Both the position numbers and the translations under genes were made by a program. A model generated the notes under the pieces. The model was given only the letters and a program-made list of their open reading frames with translations, ran no database searches and was not told where the DNA came from. 44,163 bases of DNA. Origin: a virus. Its lineage: Duplodnaviria > Caudoviricetes. Of this stretch, positions 28,396 to 36,892 are shown piece by piece. The stretch spans positions 1 to 44,163 of the IMG/VR virus record IMGVR_UViG_3300025610_000042, one strand, 5' to 3'. Position 1 is the stretch's first letter. The number at the start of each line of letters is the position of its first letter.

Positions 28396-28959
28396 CTATA
28401 TTATTGGTCTTCCCTTTAGTTTAGCGTCAATTCGTGTCACTTTTTCGTGAATAGAATCCAACGTTTTACTATCGGAACTTTGTTCTGGTGCGGCAGCACC
28501 ATCTAAATTTATCTTACTTACTTCTAATGTAACTGGTTTACCTTGTAGTAATACTTTTGCAACCTGGTCATACATTTTTTTGTACGCTTTTTGTGATGAT
28601 CCAATAAATCCGTCTTTGCTTACATCTAACACTTGCTGTGTAGATCCTGTAAGCACACAACCTTTGGTATCTTCATCAGTATTCCCTCCATGAAATAAAA
28701 TCCATTGAAAATTAGGTACGTCTTTTATTTCTAACATACCGTAGTGTGAATTTTGATAACGCTTAGAATAATTATTGTGAAAGCCACCTTCTTTTCTAAA
28801 CTTTATAGGATATGTACCTTCAGGTATACAGGTTTCACCATATACTTTGGTTACTTGATATTGGTCTTCAAGTGTATAACACTCAAACTTACCGTTGATA
28901 AACAACATTCCATTGGTTGCGTCAATTCCAAATTCATGTCTAACTAATTGTATCTTCAT
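28396..28959 (-). CDS. DUF5675-family protein, putative endolysin
   Basis: T.G.L...CYTLED..GETCIPEGTY..VPNF..ILFHGGN...T.GCVL.G; next to holin. Confidence 0.75.
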   Translation of the reverse strand: MKIQLVRHEFGIDATNGMLFINGKFECYTLEDQYQVTKVYGETCIPEGTYPIKFRKEGGFHNNYSKRYQNSHYGMLEIKDVPNFQWILFHGGNTDEDTKGCVLTGSTQQVLDVSKDGFIGSSQKAYKKMYDQVAKVLLQGKPVTLEVSKINLDGAAAPEQSSDSKTLDSIHEKVTRIDAKLKGRPII

Positions 28960-29075
28960 TTAGACTCCTTGTTTACATCATTATAGTCTAAACAATCAGG
29001 ATTTGTACAGAATAATTTATAAGGTTTTATCTGTACGCCAAGTGGTTCTCCACATTTAGGACAAGATACTTTCAA
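28956..29075 (-). CDS. 39-aa zinc-ribbon peptide (not in ORF track)
   Basis: TTG start, KVSCPKCGEPL...FCTNPDC; ATGA overlap with lysin. Confidence 0.55.
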   Translation of the reverse strand: MKVSCPKCGEPLGVQIKPYKLFCTNPDCLDYNDVNKESK

Positions 29076-29081
29076 AATATA

Positions 29082-29243
29082 CTATCTGCTAGCTGCCCAC
29101 ATGTTGTCGATCATATTAGGATACTTACGATTGTTTGCTTTAGCTCTAGCTTTTGCTTTAGCTTTTTGTGAAGGTGTAAGTTTTTTAGATTTTCCTAGAT
29201 CTTTGGGACGTGGTTTGTCCCATACTGGTTTACTTTTTGCCAT
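29082..29243 (-). CDS. 53-aa highly basic protein (not in ORF track)
   Basis: MAKSKPVWDKPRPKDLGKSKKLTPSQKAKAKARAKANNRKYPNMIDNMWAASR; TATAAT 5 nt upstream. Confidence 0.7.
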   Translation of the reverse strand: MAKSKPVWDKPRPKDLGKSKKLTPSQKAKAKARAKANNRKYPNMIDNMWAASR

Positions 29244-29255
29244 ACTATATTATAC

Positions 29256-29321
29256 CTACTTCATTTTTTTAATTCTCTTAGAAGAGTATCTTTTTTTCTT
29301 ACCTTTTTTATCGTATGGCAT
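29256..29321 (-). CDS. 21-aa Lys-rich peptide (not in ORF track)
   Basis: MPYDKKGKKKRYSSKRIKKMK; TAATG coupling. Confidence 0.5.
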   Translation of the reverse strand: MPYDKKGKKKRYSSKRIKKMK

Positions 29322-29545
29322 TATCTGCTCACTTTCTTTTTCGGTTGATCGTCTTTATCTTTACGTAGTCCTATAGTTAACAACCATAAAACTATACTTA
29401 TTATTATAGCAACTCCAACTATGTCCTTAGCTGTGCCAGTTAATGTTAGCCATGCTATAAAAAAACCTAGCAAAGTAAATGTTTGTGCTATTGTCTCTTT
29501 AATTATCTCTGATAACCAATTAAAAAATTTCTTTATGTATTTCAT
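29321..29545 (-). CDS. Two-helix membrane protein
   Basis: FTLLGFFIAWLTL and IVGVAIIISIVLWLLTIGL; ATGA overlap with upstream gene. Confidence 0.7.
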   Translation of the reverse strand: MKYIKKFFNWLSEIIKETIAQTFTLLGFFIAWLTLTGTAKDIVGVAIIISIVLWLLTIGLRKDKDDQPKKKVSR

Positions 29546-31284
29546 ATTCTACGTCTCATTCTAACTGGTGCGACTTGCACACTAGCCACAATTTGCGAAG
29601 CTATGATAACTGGTACTACAACCTCTTGTGCTTTTTCTTTTTGATCGTTAGTCATATCGTTACCAATAGCACCTAGATCTATCTCTTGTATATTTATATC
29701 TACAAAAGATCCTATTGGATCTGCTAGAAATTGTTCTGTCTGTACCTCTGTTACTACGTCAGCAAGTGTGTAATTCTCTACGTCTTTATTCTCTACAGCT
29801 TTAGCTACGTATACTTCTACTGCTTCTGCAACTGCTTCATCTTTTTCTACAGCTGCAGCAATGATCTCTACGTCAGCTGCTTCTACTTGTAATACTTTTG
29901 CAACTACTTCTACTTGTTCTTCTGTTAGTTCTTGTACATCAGCAATAGCTTCTTCAACAACAGCTTGCACAACTTCCTGTATTTCTTTTGTAGCTTTATC
30001 AAGATTTTGTACACCAATGTCATTTACTTCTTCAAGGACTTCGACAACTTCTTCTTCGGTAAGGTCCTGTACATATCCTTGTATTGCTTCTTGTTTAGAT
30101 TCTTCATTAGTCTCCTCTGTTATTGGTAGATTCACAATCTTTTCTATTTGTGCAATCTCTATCTCTACTTCTTCTTCAGTAAGCTCTATGGGTTCTTTAA
30201 TCGGTGCTTCAAGTATCTCTCTGTCGATATCCTCTTCAATAATTTCCTGTATTGGCTCATCCAAAACTTCCTTGACATTCTCTTTAACTTCTTCATCTTT
30301 AATCTCCTCTATTTCATCTTGTATTGGTATCTCATCCACGATTTCGGTAACAATATCTTCCAAATCAAATTCAATAATCTCGAACTCAATAGGGAGTTCT
30401 TCAAACTCCACAACTTCTTCTTCAATAACTTCCTCTTTAGGTGTGTCGAGTAAAGGATCATCATTCTTAGGAAGGATGTCATCCACATCTTCTTTAATTT
30501 CTTCTTCAATTATTACCTCTTCCTTAATTATATCTTCTTCTTCTATAATCTCAATGTCTTCTTCAGGTATAGGTATGTCACAATCACCACGCTCTATCTG
30601 TGCGTTAGTCATAAAGCAACCATATTCTTTTTCATTATCAACACGCTCTTGGTCACGCTCTATAGTGCCATCATTGACATCTGCTTGTGTATAGGTCTTA
30701 TCAACACCTTCTACTTTTACATCAACAATAATTTCTTGTGGTGTTGGTGGTGGAGGTGGAGGTGGTATGTAAGGTTCTGGTTCAGGTTCTGGCTCAGGTT
30801 CTGGCTCAGGTTCTGGCTTTGGAGGTACAGTTGTAGTAGGAGTAGAACCATAGTCACAATCAATACTTACAATAGAAGTCCACTCTGAATAACTTTGATC
30901 TGTGTCATTATCAGATCGGACTTTTGCATAAAACGTATCTGCTGTTGTACCAAATACATTTTCTCTATAGCTAGCAGTAAAAACATAACTCTTATAAGAC
31001 AATGCTTCTTCCCAACCAGTACTGTTAGCTACTGCATAATTAGTTTCTACAAAGTTATCATTACTAAATGCTATAGCGTATCGTTCAGGTGGACTATCTT
31101 CAAAACCATCACTCTCTTGCCATGTAACAGTTATGTCACCTTTAGTTGTGTCTCCATCACTATCACAAGCAATAGATATATCGTATGGTGTTTGTGTAGG
31201 TACGTGATTTGCCAATACAGGAAAAGGAATTATTAAGAACGCAACAATACATAAGCGAACAAGTGTATTAAATTTGTGTAGCAC
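29542..31284 (-). CDS. Exported, C-terminally anchored acidic protein
   Basis: Signal peptide, beta-rich (FN3-like) N-domain, PE and poly-Pro linker, Glu/Ile/Val-rich stalk, hydrophobic end plus RMRRRI. Confidence 0.7.
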   Translation of the reverse strand: MLHKFNTLVRLCIVAFLIIPFPVLANHVPTQTPYDISIACDSDGDTTKGDITVTWQESDGFEDSPPERYAIAFSNDNFVETNYAVANSTGWEEALSYKSYVFTASYRENVFGTTADTFYAKVRSDNDTDQSYSEWTSIVSIDCDYGSTPTTTVPPKPEPEPEPEPEPEPEPYIPPPPPPPTPQEIIVDVKVEGVDKTYTQADVNDGTIERDQERVDNEKEYGCFMTNAQIERGDCDIPIPEEDIEIIEEEDIIKEEVIIEEEIKEDVDDILPKNDDPLLDTPKEEVIEEEVVEFEELPIEFEIIEFDLEDIVTEIVDEIPIQDEIEEIKDEEVKENVKEVLDEPIQEIIEEDIDREILEAPIKEPIELTEEEVEIEIAQIEKIVNLPITEETNEESKQEAIQGYVQDLTEEEVVEVLEEVNDIGVQNLDKATKEIQEVVQAVVEEAIADVQELTEEQVEVVAKVLQVEAADVEIIAAAVEKDEAVAEAVEVYVAKAVENKDVENYTLADVVTEVQTEQFLADPIGSFVDINIQEIDLGAIGNDMTNDQKEKAQEVVVPVIIASQIVASVQVAPVRMRRRI

Positions 31285-31289
31285 GGAAC

Positions 31290-31334
31290 TTACTTAGTTC
31301 CGCAACAACCACCACCGCAGCATGGATCTGCCAT
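31290..31334 (-). CDS. 14-aa Cys-rich micropeptide MADPCCGGGCCGTK
   Basis: TAATG overlap with upstream stop; fills the intergenic gap. Confidence 0.45.
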   Translation of the reverse strand: MADPCCGGGCCGTK

Positions 31335-31606
31335 TATATTTCTCTCCCATTCATATCATTATGTGTCTTGCTATCTAAAATACCAAATGCTTGATTGACT
31401 TCCTCGATTGTAAGTTTGCCATCATTGAGATATTTTCTAGCAAGTATTTCTAGTACATTAGCTACACCTAATAGACCTGCAAGTAATGATGATTGTATAA
31501 CATCAATACCTACAAGTGATCCTGCACCTATAACACTTAATGCTTGTGCTATAAATACAGCAATCATGCGTTTAGATATATTCCAATATAAAGAGTAACC
31601 TTGCAT
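31334..31606 (-). CDS. Holin-like membrane protein
   Basis: Two hydrophobic segments then DGKLTIEEVNQAF. Confidence 0.6.
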   Translation of the reverse strand: MQGYSLYWNISKRMIAVFIAQALSVIGAGSLVGIDVIQSSLLAGLLGVANVLEILARKYLNDGKLTIEEVNQAFGILDSKTHNDMNGREI

Positions 31607-31609
31607 AGG

Positions 31610-31795
31610 TTACATTATACTATTAAGGAAAGCTGCGCTGCTCGTAATTGCAACAAGCCAACCTAAAATCTCCTGACGTGTTGGTGATTTATTTATTTTT
31701 TCATGGAGTTCGTCAATGCGCTTATTAGCAATATCAACTTCTTCTTTAATTAATTGCAAGTATTCCTTCGTTGTGAAGCCGTTACCGTTAGACAT
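31610..31795 (-). CDS. Small coiled-coil protein with C-terminal membrane anchor
   Basis: KRIDELHEKIN then ILGWLVAITSSAAFL. Confidence 0.65.
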   Translation of the reverse strand: MSNGNGFTTKEYLQLIKEEVDIANKRIDELHEKINKSPTRQEILGWLVAITSSAAFLNSIM

Positions 31796-31813
31796 TATGG
31801 AAGATCATCCTCA

Positions 31814-32056
31814 TTAACCTTCACCATTTAATGAATAAAAATGTTTTGTTTTATTTACAAATAAAGTAGTGCTTGGTCCTGGTACAGTGCTGCTAATAGT
31901 AAAGTAAGAACTGTTGTAATAAATCATATCAAATAAACTTAAAGATCCAACAGCACCACCTGCGTCAGGTAATAAATCTATATCCTCATCTATAGGTAAA
32001 CCTATACTATCTATTAATAAAGATCCGCCCTCTTTTAACATAATTAACATTGACAT
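31814..32056 (-). CDS. Hypothetical protein, probably leaderless
   Basis: TGG-TACAAT 6 nt above ATG. Confidence 0.6.
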   Translation of the reverse strand: MSMLIMLKEGGSLLIDSIGLPIDEDIDLLPDAGGAVGSLSLFDMIYYNSSYFTISSTVPGPSTTLFVNKTKHFYSLNGEG

Positions 32057-32083
32057 GTAATTATTGTACCAGACTAGCTATGT

Positions 32084-32839
32084 TTATTGATTAAATTTAT
32101 CAGGATAAGTTTTATAATTAACCCTAGCTGTTTGTGCTTTTAACAATTCTATTTGATTGTCTTTATATTCTTTTTCTGTGCCATTACGTATTGTTAAATC
32201 TATTTTTTCTTTTTCTCTTTTGTAAGGTATGACTTGAATTAATGGCGTTCCTGCTTCTAATATAAATTCTTTTTGTTGTATGCTAAATGGAAAAGTAATG
32301 TAGCCCCATTTGTCTGCTTCTACTAAACCTTCTAATAGTCTTATTTCTTTTCTAAAATGATAAAACGGATCTACGTACAAAAGATTGTATCCTTCTGGAA
32401 CTATTATTTTATAAGGACTTTCTAATTTTAAAATAGATTTGTTCATACGTCCTAAATCTGCAAGACCAACGTCCATACCTTTAACCTGTTTTTCAAAATG
32501 AGAACCAAAGAAATTATAGTTTAATGCTTTATTAGTAGTCATACCGTAGTATGTTTGCAATGGATTACCTTCATCATCATACTCATGTCCCATATACATT
32601 TTTCCCCACAAAGGTATAATTATTCCTTCTGTCATTAAGTCTTGTATAGCAGGACATTTCTTAGCAGTAAAAGCATTCTCTGTCCATACGTCATGGAACT
32701 CCTCTAAAAATGAAGCCATTTCATTTCCTAATTTCATTTCTTTAAACCATTCTGGTATAAATCTATTTGCATGCTGCGGTGGATAAGCAGCAATTAAATC
32801 TTCAAATTGTTTGTATCTCGGTATAATTTCTATCTTCAT
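32084..32839 (-). CDS. Uncharacterised phage protein, dUTPase-like/DUF6065-like fold suspected
   Basis: IPEWF..KKCPA..G..IP..P.GY.L..G.V..D..GTPL.QVIPYKRE; paralog of 33302-34006. Confidence 0.55.
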   Translation of the reverse strand: MKIEIIPRYKQFEDLIAAYPPQHANRFIPEWFKEMKLGNEMASFLEEFHDVWTENAFTAKKCPAIQDLMTEGIIIPLWGKMYMGHEYDDEGNPLQTYYGMTTNKALNYNFFGSHFEKQVKGMDVGLADLGRMNKSILKLESPYKIIVPEGYNLLYVDPFYHFRKEIRLLEGLVEADKWGYITFPFSIQQKEFILEAGTPLIQVIPYKREKEKIDLTIRNGTEKEYKDNQIELLKAQTARVNYKTYPDKFNQ

Positions 32840-33312
32840 GTTTTTATATAGTAACTAGGTATTTTCATTTCTCCAACTAAAGTATTTGTATACATATCAT
32901 CATCTCTTAATCCATAGTAATCTTTGCAAAAGTAATTATCTTGCAAATAACGTTGACTTTCAACATTCCATAAACCATTATCTAATATTAATTTACATTG
33001 ATCATTACTATATTTATGTGCCATTTTAATAAGAGATAATCTAGTAATAAACTGTGGATCGTTATCTATAAATATATAATCTACTTTTTTCATTTCTTCT
33101 TTATATACTTTATCTTTTAAAGTAAGGAGTTTATATTCTACATTTTTGTACTTAGGTAATTTATCTTGATACTCTTTATTGTTATCGTATGAAATAACCT
33201 TTTTAAAATTTTTAGAAAACAATTCTGTAGATAAACCTGCACCAAATTCTAGGATTGTTTTATTTTTTGTGTCAGCTTTATTTATATATTGTACAAAAGA
33301 ATTAATCAACAT
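32836..33312 (-). CDS. Class I SAM-dependent methyltransferase-like protein
   Basis: ILEFGAGLST, VISYDN, DYIFID, LILDN. Confidence 0.7.
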   Translation of the reverse strand: MLINSFVQYINKADTKNKTILEFGAGLSTELFSKNFKKVISYDNNKEYQDKLPKYKNVEYKLLTLKDKVYKEEMKKVDYIFIDNDPQFITRLSLIKMAHKYSNDQCKLILDNGLWNVESQRYLQDNYFCKDYYGLRDDDMYTNTLVGEMKIPSYYIKT

Positions 33313-34006
33313 TACGTGAATAACCTGCTTTAAATTTATTGACTACTTTGTAATGTCCTTTACGAATTTTTCTACCTAATTTTGGAGTTATCTTTTTAAA
33401 TTCATAATTAAAAGTTTCCCTTTTGTAAGGCACTACATAACATAGCGGCGTTCCTTGTTTAATTAATATTTCATCTTGATCAGATGTATAAAATATTTGC
33501 ACTGACAATTCATGTAATTTATCTGTATGGACTATACCGTAGTTTGCTTCCCAATCTTTATTAAAACTAAAAACCATAGGAATGTATCTAAGACTATACC
33601 CTTTAGGTGTAATACAAAACCAATTAGTATTTATATTTACCGTTGCTCTTATATTTGTTCCAGTAGGTATGTGATCTAAAAATTGTTTTGGATCATGTGT
33701 TCTAATTATAAATTCATCATTAGAAGGATTCATTTGAAATTCACCATTATGAAAAAACAAATGTATATCACAAGGTGCTACTAACACATAACCTTCTCTA
33801 AAAACTTCTACAAAACTTGGACAATGCCTAGCACCTTTATAGTTTGGAACTATTTTAGAAACAAAACCATATTTGTTTGGAATAGGTAAATCCATTGGCA
33901 TTTTAGTAAACCATTCAGGAATAAAATTTTTAGCTGGTTGTGGTTTTGTAAACTCTATATCGTCATAACCTGTACTATCAGTAGTAAATATTATTTTTTT
34001 ATTCAC
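33302..34006 (-). CDS. Uncharacterised phage protein, paralog of 32084-32839
   Basis: IPEWF..HCPS..GY..TPKGYSL..GIVHTD..GTPLCYVVPYKRE; likely GTG start 34006 (track start 34057). Confidence 0.55.
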   Translation of the reverse strand: MNKKIIFTTDSTGYDDIEFTKPQPAKNFIPEWFTKMPMDLPIPNKYGFVSKIVPNYKGARHCPSFVEVFREGYVLVAPCDIHLFFHNGEFQMNPSNDEFIIRTHDPKQFLDHIPTGTNIRATVNINTNWFCITPKGYSLRYIPMVFSFNKDWEANYGIVHTDKLHELSVQIFYTSDQDEILIKQGTPLCYVVPYKRETFNYEFKKITPKLGRKIRKGHYKVVNKFKAGYSRNVD

Positions 34007-34025
34007 AGTATTATTATAACTAGAT

Positions 34026-35036
34026 ATGAAAAATTTGCACATACAAATATTAGGCAACGGTTTACCATCGCATTTGTCTTTAGTAAAATTTTATAAAAAT
34101 AATAAAATAAATTGGGATTATGTTGAAAGCAATTTTGAATTACCTATGTCATCTACACTAGATCTTATACCATTTTTAAAAGAAGGAATAAATTTTGATT
34201 GGTCAGATTTAAATTTAATTAACGGTAGTTTAAAAACTGGAGTTCAAAAAAGAAATTACAATAACAAAGTATTTAATTCTAATTTTCACGCACCCTACGT
34301 TGCTTTACACTTTGATACTTTAAGTATGTGTAAATATTTGTACGATCAATGTGGATATACAAAAACAAAAAAGTCAGATATTATTATTAATACAAGCAAA
34401 CCAGAAACATTTGAAACGTATAAATTATTAAATCATGTACCAACTAATTGTGGTGTTGGTTATAAAATAAAAGAAAAACATAACATAACACATACAACAA
34501 TAGAAGCTGTTGAACACGGTTGGTTGCAAACAATACCAACAAAAGATTATATTTATGTTTATTATATATTTAATTCTGATTTAAATACACCACAAGAAAT
34601 AGCGAACTCATTACCATTGCGTAATTATAATTATCAAGTTATTAATTTTTCTAGTTACTATTATCAAGATCCATTTTTAGATCAAGAATTAAAATTAGGT
34701 CTTAATTCTTTTTTTATAGAACCATTTGACGCTACATCTATATCTGGAAACATAAGGTTGTTAGATCTATACACAGAAATAAAAAATAATTTTATTAAAA
34801 AAGAAGAGGGATTGTATTTATATTATGATTACATTAAAGAAGCAATGGAAGTATTAATGTTGCATTATGTATCTGATGTACCCTACAAAAGTAAATTCTG
34901 GCAAGAAGCAAAAGATAAAGCAGTTGATTACTTAACAAACACTGGTGTAAAAAAAAGAGATGTAAGTAATTTTTATACTAAAGAAGGATACAATAAGTTA
35001 TATAAAAATTTAAATGTTTTTAATTATATTCAATAA
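34026..35036 (+). CDS. Flavin-dependent tryptophan halogenase-like protein (divergent)
   Basis: ALHFD, GWLQTIP, GLNSFFIEPFDATSI, LHY..SKFW. Confidence 0.7.
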   Translation: MKNLHIQILGNGLPSHLSLVKFYKNNKINWDYVESNFELPMSSTLDLIPFLKEGINFDWSDLNLINGSLKTGVQKRNYNNKVFNSNFHAPYVALHFDTLSMCKYLYDQCGYTKTKKSDIIINTSKPETFETYKLLNHVPTNCGVGYKIKEKHNITHTTIEAVEHGWLQTIPTKDYIYVYYIFNSDLNTPQEIANSLPLRNYNYQVINFSSYYYQDPFLDQELKLGLNSFFIEPFDATSISGNIRLLDLYTEIKNNFIKKEEGLYLYYDYIKEAMEVLMLHYVSDVPYKSKFWQEAKDKAVDYLTNTGVKKRDVSNFYTKEGYNKLYKNLNVFNYIQ

Positions 35037-35295
35037 TTTCTGTATAATTTCTTGCTTCATTAGAAGTAGGTTGTGCATATCCGTCTGAAGCACTACGTAT
35101 TGTTGTAGCGTCCTCTAAATGCACGTGTGCTTTTCTATCACCTGCTGCTGAAGTTGATGAAGCTGATTGATATAAAACTGTTTTATTAACATCTACTGCT
35201 GATATAGTATTTGTTCTATTGTATGTGTTATTAGATTGTGCAAGAAATTGTTTTGATACAATAGCACCTCTACCATGTCCCATAAATCTACCCAT
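35020..35295 (-). CDS. Small tail-associated paralog 4
   Basis: MGR start, TISAVDVNKTVL, ends EIIEYN. Confidence 0.7.
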   Translation of the reverse strand: MGRFMGHGRGAIVSKQFLAQSNNTYNRTNTISAVDVNKTVLYQSASSTSAAGDRKAHVHLEDATTIRSASDGYAQPTSNEARNYTEIIEYN

Positions 35296-35574
35296 TAGTA
35301 ATACTCCATTACATATACTGTCATACTTCCTCCTCCTAAACTGTTGTAATTATTTCCAGAAAAATTTACATTAGTACTTGTTGTTAATTGACATACTGGT
35401 GAGTTGCTTTCTCGTCTGTTGTTACCGTCTTGTGCGGTGTCATATAAAACTGTATTAGCCATGTCAACAGCAGCTATAGTTACATTAGTATTTGTTGCAT
35501 TACTTGCAGCAGATATAACTTGTCTGCTTTTAATAACACCACTGCTCATTCGTCTACCCATTAGTAATACTCCA
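35287..35574. repeat. 22-bp direct repeats at gene junctions
   Basis: TCTACCCATTAGTAATACTCCA at 35287-35308 and 35553-35574; degenerate copy at 35873-35894. Confidence 0.85.
35295..35561 (-). CDS. Small tail-associated paralog 3
   Basis: MGR start, IKSRQ, TIAAVDMANTVL, ends VMEYY. Confidence 0.7.
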   Translation of the reverse strand: MGRRMSSGVIKSRQVISAASNATNTNVTIAAVDMANTVLYDTAQDGNNRRESNSPVCQLTTSTNVNFSGNNYNSLGGGSMTVYVMEYY

Positions 35575-35881
35575 CAACTTGTACTGACGCTTTATTCCAC
35601 CTTCTATTTGAATTGTTAATACCTACTCTTTGTATTTGTAAATTTGTTGAACTGTCTAACTTTGCACCCATTTGCGGTGAACTTTGAAAATTATAATAAT
35701 AGTTTTCCCATGCAGAAATACCACGAGTATGACCATTGCTAGAGTTATGAACTAACACTGTTTGTTCTGTATTTACAGCAGATATTGTTTGATTAATTAA
35801 AGTTGAACCTGATGTAGCACTATTTTGATATACAATTCTTTGTATAGATTTAATTGTACTTTGAGGTCTAGTTCTACCCAT
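35561..35881 (-). CDS. Small tail-associated paralog 2
   Basis: MGRTRP start by TAATG overlap (track start 35914), IKSIQR, TISAVN, ends VVEYY. Confidence 0.7.
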   Translation of the reverse strand: MGRTRPQSTIKSIQRIVYQNSATSGSTLINQTISAVNTEQTVLVHNSSNGHTRGISAWENYYYNFQSSPQMGAKLDSSTNLQIQRVGINNSNRRWNKASVQVVEYY

Positions 35882-36231
35882 TACATCATCTCCACTACTT
35901 GATAACCTACCCATTGTTTTTCGCTTTGACCAAAGCTAGATATTCTATAAGCTATTCGTATAGTAGTTTCATCTTGTAAAGTTACTTTAGCTTGTGGTGC
36001 AGGATATACACGATTATCAGTAACACCGCCACCTTCGGTAGTAACTGGATAATTCATAGCTTCGTTAACTACCATATATGTTTTATTAACGTCAACTGGT
36101 TCTATTGTTCTATCAATATTTTGTTGTGCTGTTGAACCATTTGCGTGGTCATTAGCACCATCACCATATTGACCTCTTTGTATAGATTTTATACCTGCAA
36201 CAGGTGCGACATTCACTCCGTATCTGCCCAT
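35881..36231 (-). CDS. Small tail-associated paralog 1
   Basis: MGR start, IKSIQRG, TIEPVDVNKT, ends VVEMM. Confidence 0.7.
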   Translation of the reverse strand: MGRYGVNVAPVAGIKSIQRGQYGDGANDHANGSTAQQNIDRTIEPVDVNKTYMVVNEAMNYPVTTEGGGVTDNRVYPAPQAKVTLQDETTIRIAYRISSFGQSEKQWVGYQVVEMM

Positions 36232-36233
36232 TG

Positions 36234-36530
36234 CTACTCCGTAATTTCTATAGTGCCAGTAATATTTCCATCATCATCATAGGTATTGCCATACAAAACA
36301 CCTTCAAACCAAAAATAATCATTGCCTTGTGCGTCTTGTCCTGGACTTGTCCACACACCGTCAATTAATTTTTTTCCAATTAGATCCTCATCAAATTCAT
36401 CAATTTCTACATGATCAGTTAGGTTTGAAAATAATTGCTCTACACCGTCAACAACTTGTATTAAGTCTGATGTTACTTGCTTTACAGCAAAGCACACTTC
36501 ATGTTCATCTTTAACTGCAAAGAATTTCAT
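36234..36530 (-). CDS. Putative tail fibre assembly protein
   Basis: Small acidic ORF with LIGKKLIDGVW in the fibre region. Confidence 0.45.
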   Translation of the reverse strand: MKFFAVKDEHEVCFAVKQVTSDLIQVVDGVEQLFSNLTDHVEIDEFDEDLIGKKLIDGVWTSPGQDAQGNDYFWFEGVLYGNTYDDDGNITGTIEITE

Positions 36531-36844
36531 TAGGCAGTACTTTCCTCAATACCCCAAACGTTTGTAACAGTTCCTGCTGTAGCGTTAACTGATATAAAAG
36601 AACCTGCGTCCAGAACAATATTAGTTCTTTCTAATACGTTTTTACCGCTTAAACTTAAAACTTCTATTTTATGTTCAGTTCCTAATGTTGCGCCAGAAGG
36701 TGCTACATAAACTGTAACGTCATCTGCTGTCGTAGTTGTATTGACTATGTTTAAGTTAACTACAGACAATGTGTCAGCAGGTGCAGTATATACTGTACCG
36801 TCTGTATCATCACCGTCTCGTCTTGCCAATAATCCGCTAGCCAT
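36530..36844 (-). CDS. Small beta-rich virion/tail protein
   Basis: VYTAPA..VVNLNIVN..LERTNIVL..VWGIEE; RBS GGAG. Confidence 0.6.
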   Translation of the reverse strand: MASGLLARRDGDDTDGTVYTAPADTLSVVNLNIVNTTTTADDVTVYVAPSGATLGTEHKIEVLSLSGKNVLERTNIVLDAGSFISVNATAGTVTNVWGIEESTA

Positions 36845-36892
36845 TAATATTCTCCAATCTTATATCATTACTATAACACATAATTTTTTATG

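Noticed and set aside
29861-30694. 277-aa Ser-rich plus-strand ORF, and similar antisense ORFs such as 42500-43207 and 23099-23638
   Set aside because: Shadow frames of biased minus-strand genes
30742-30820. Short tandem DNA repeats
   Set aside because: Explained by PEPEPE and poly-Pro coding
35287-35894. CRISPR-like repeat array
   Set aside because: Spacing of about 270-320 bp with whole genes between repeats; no cas genes
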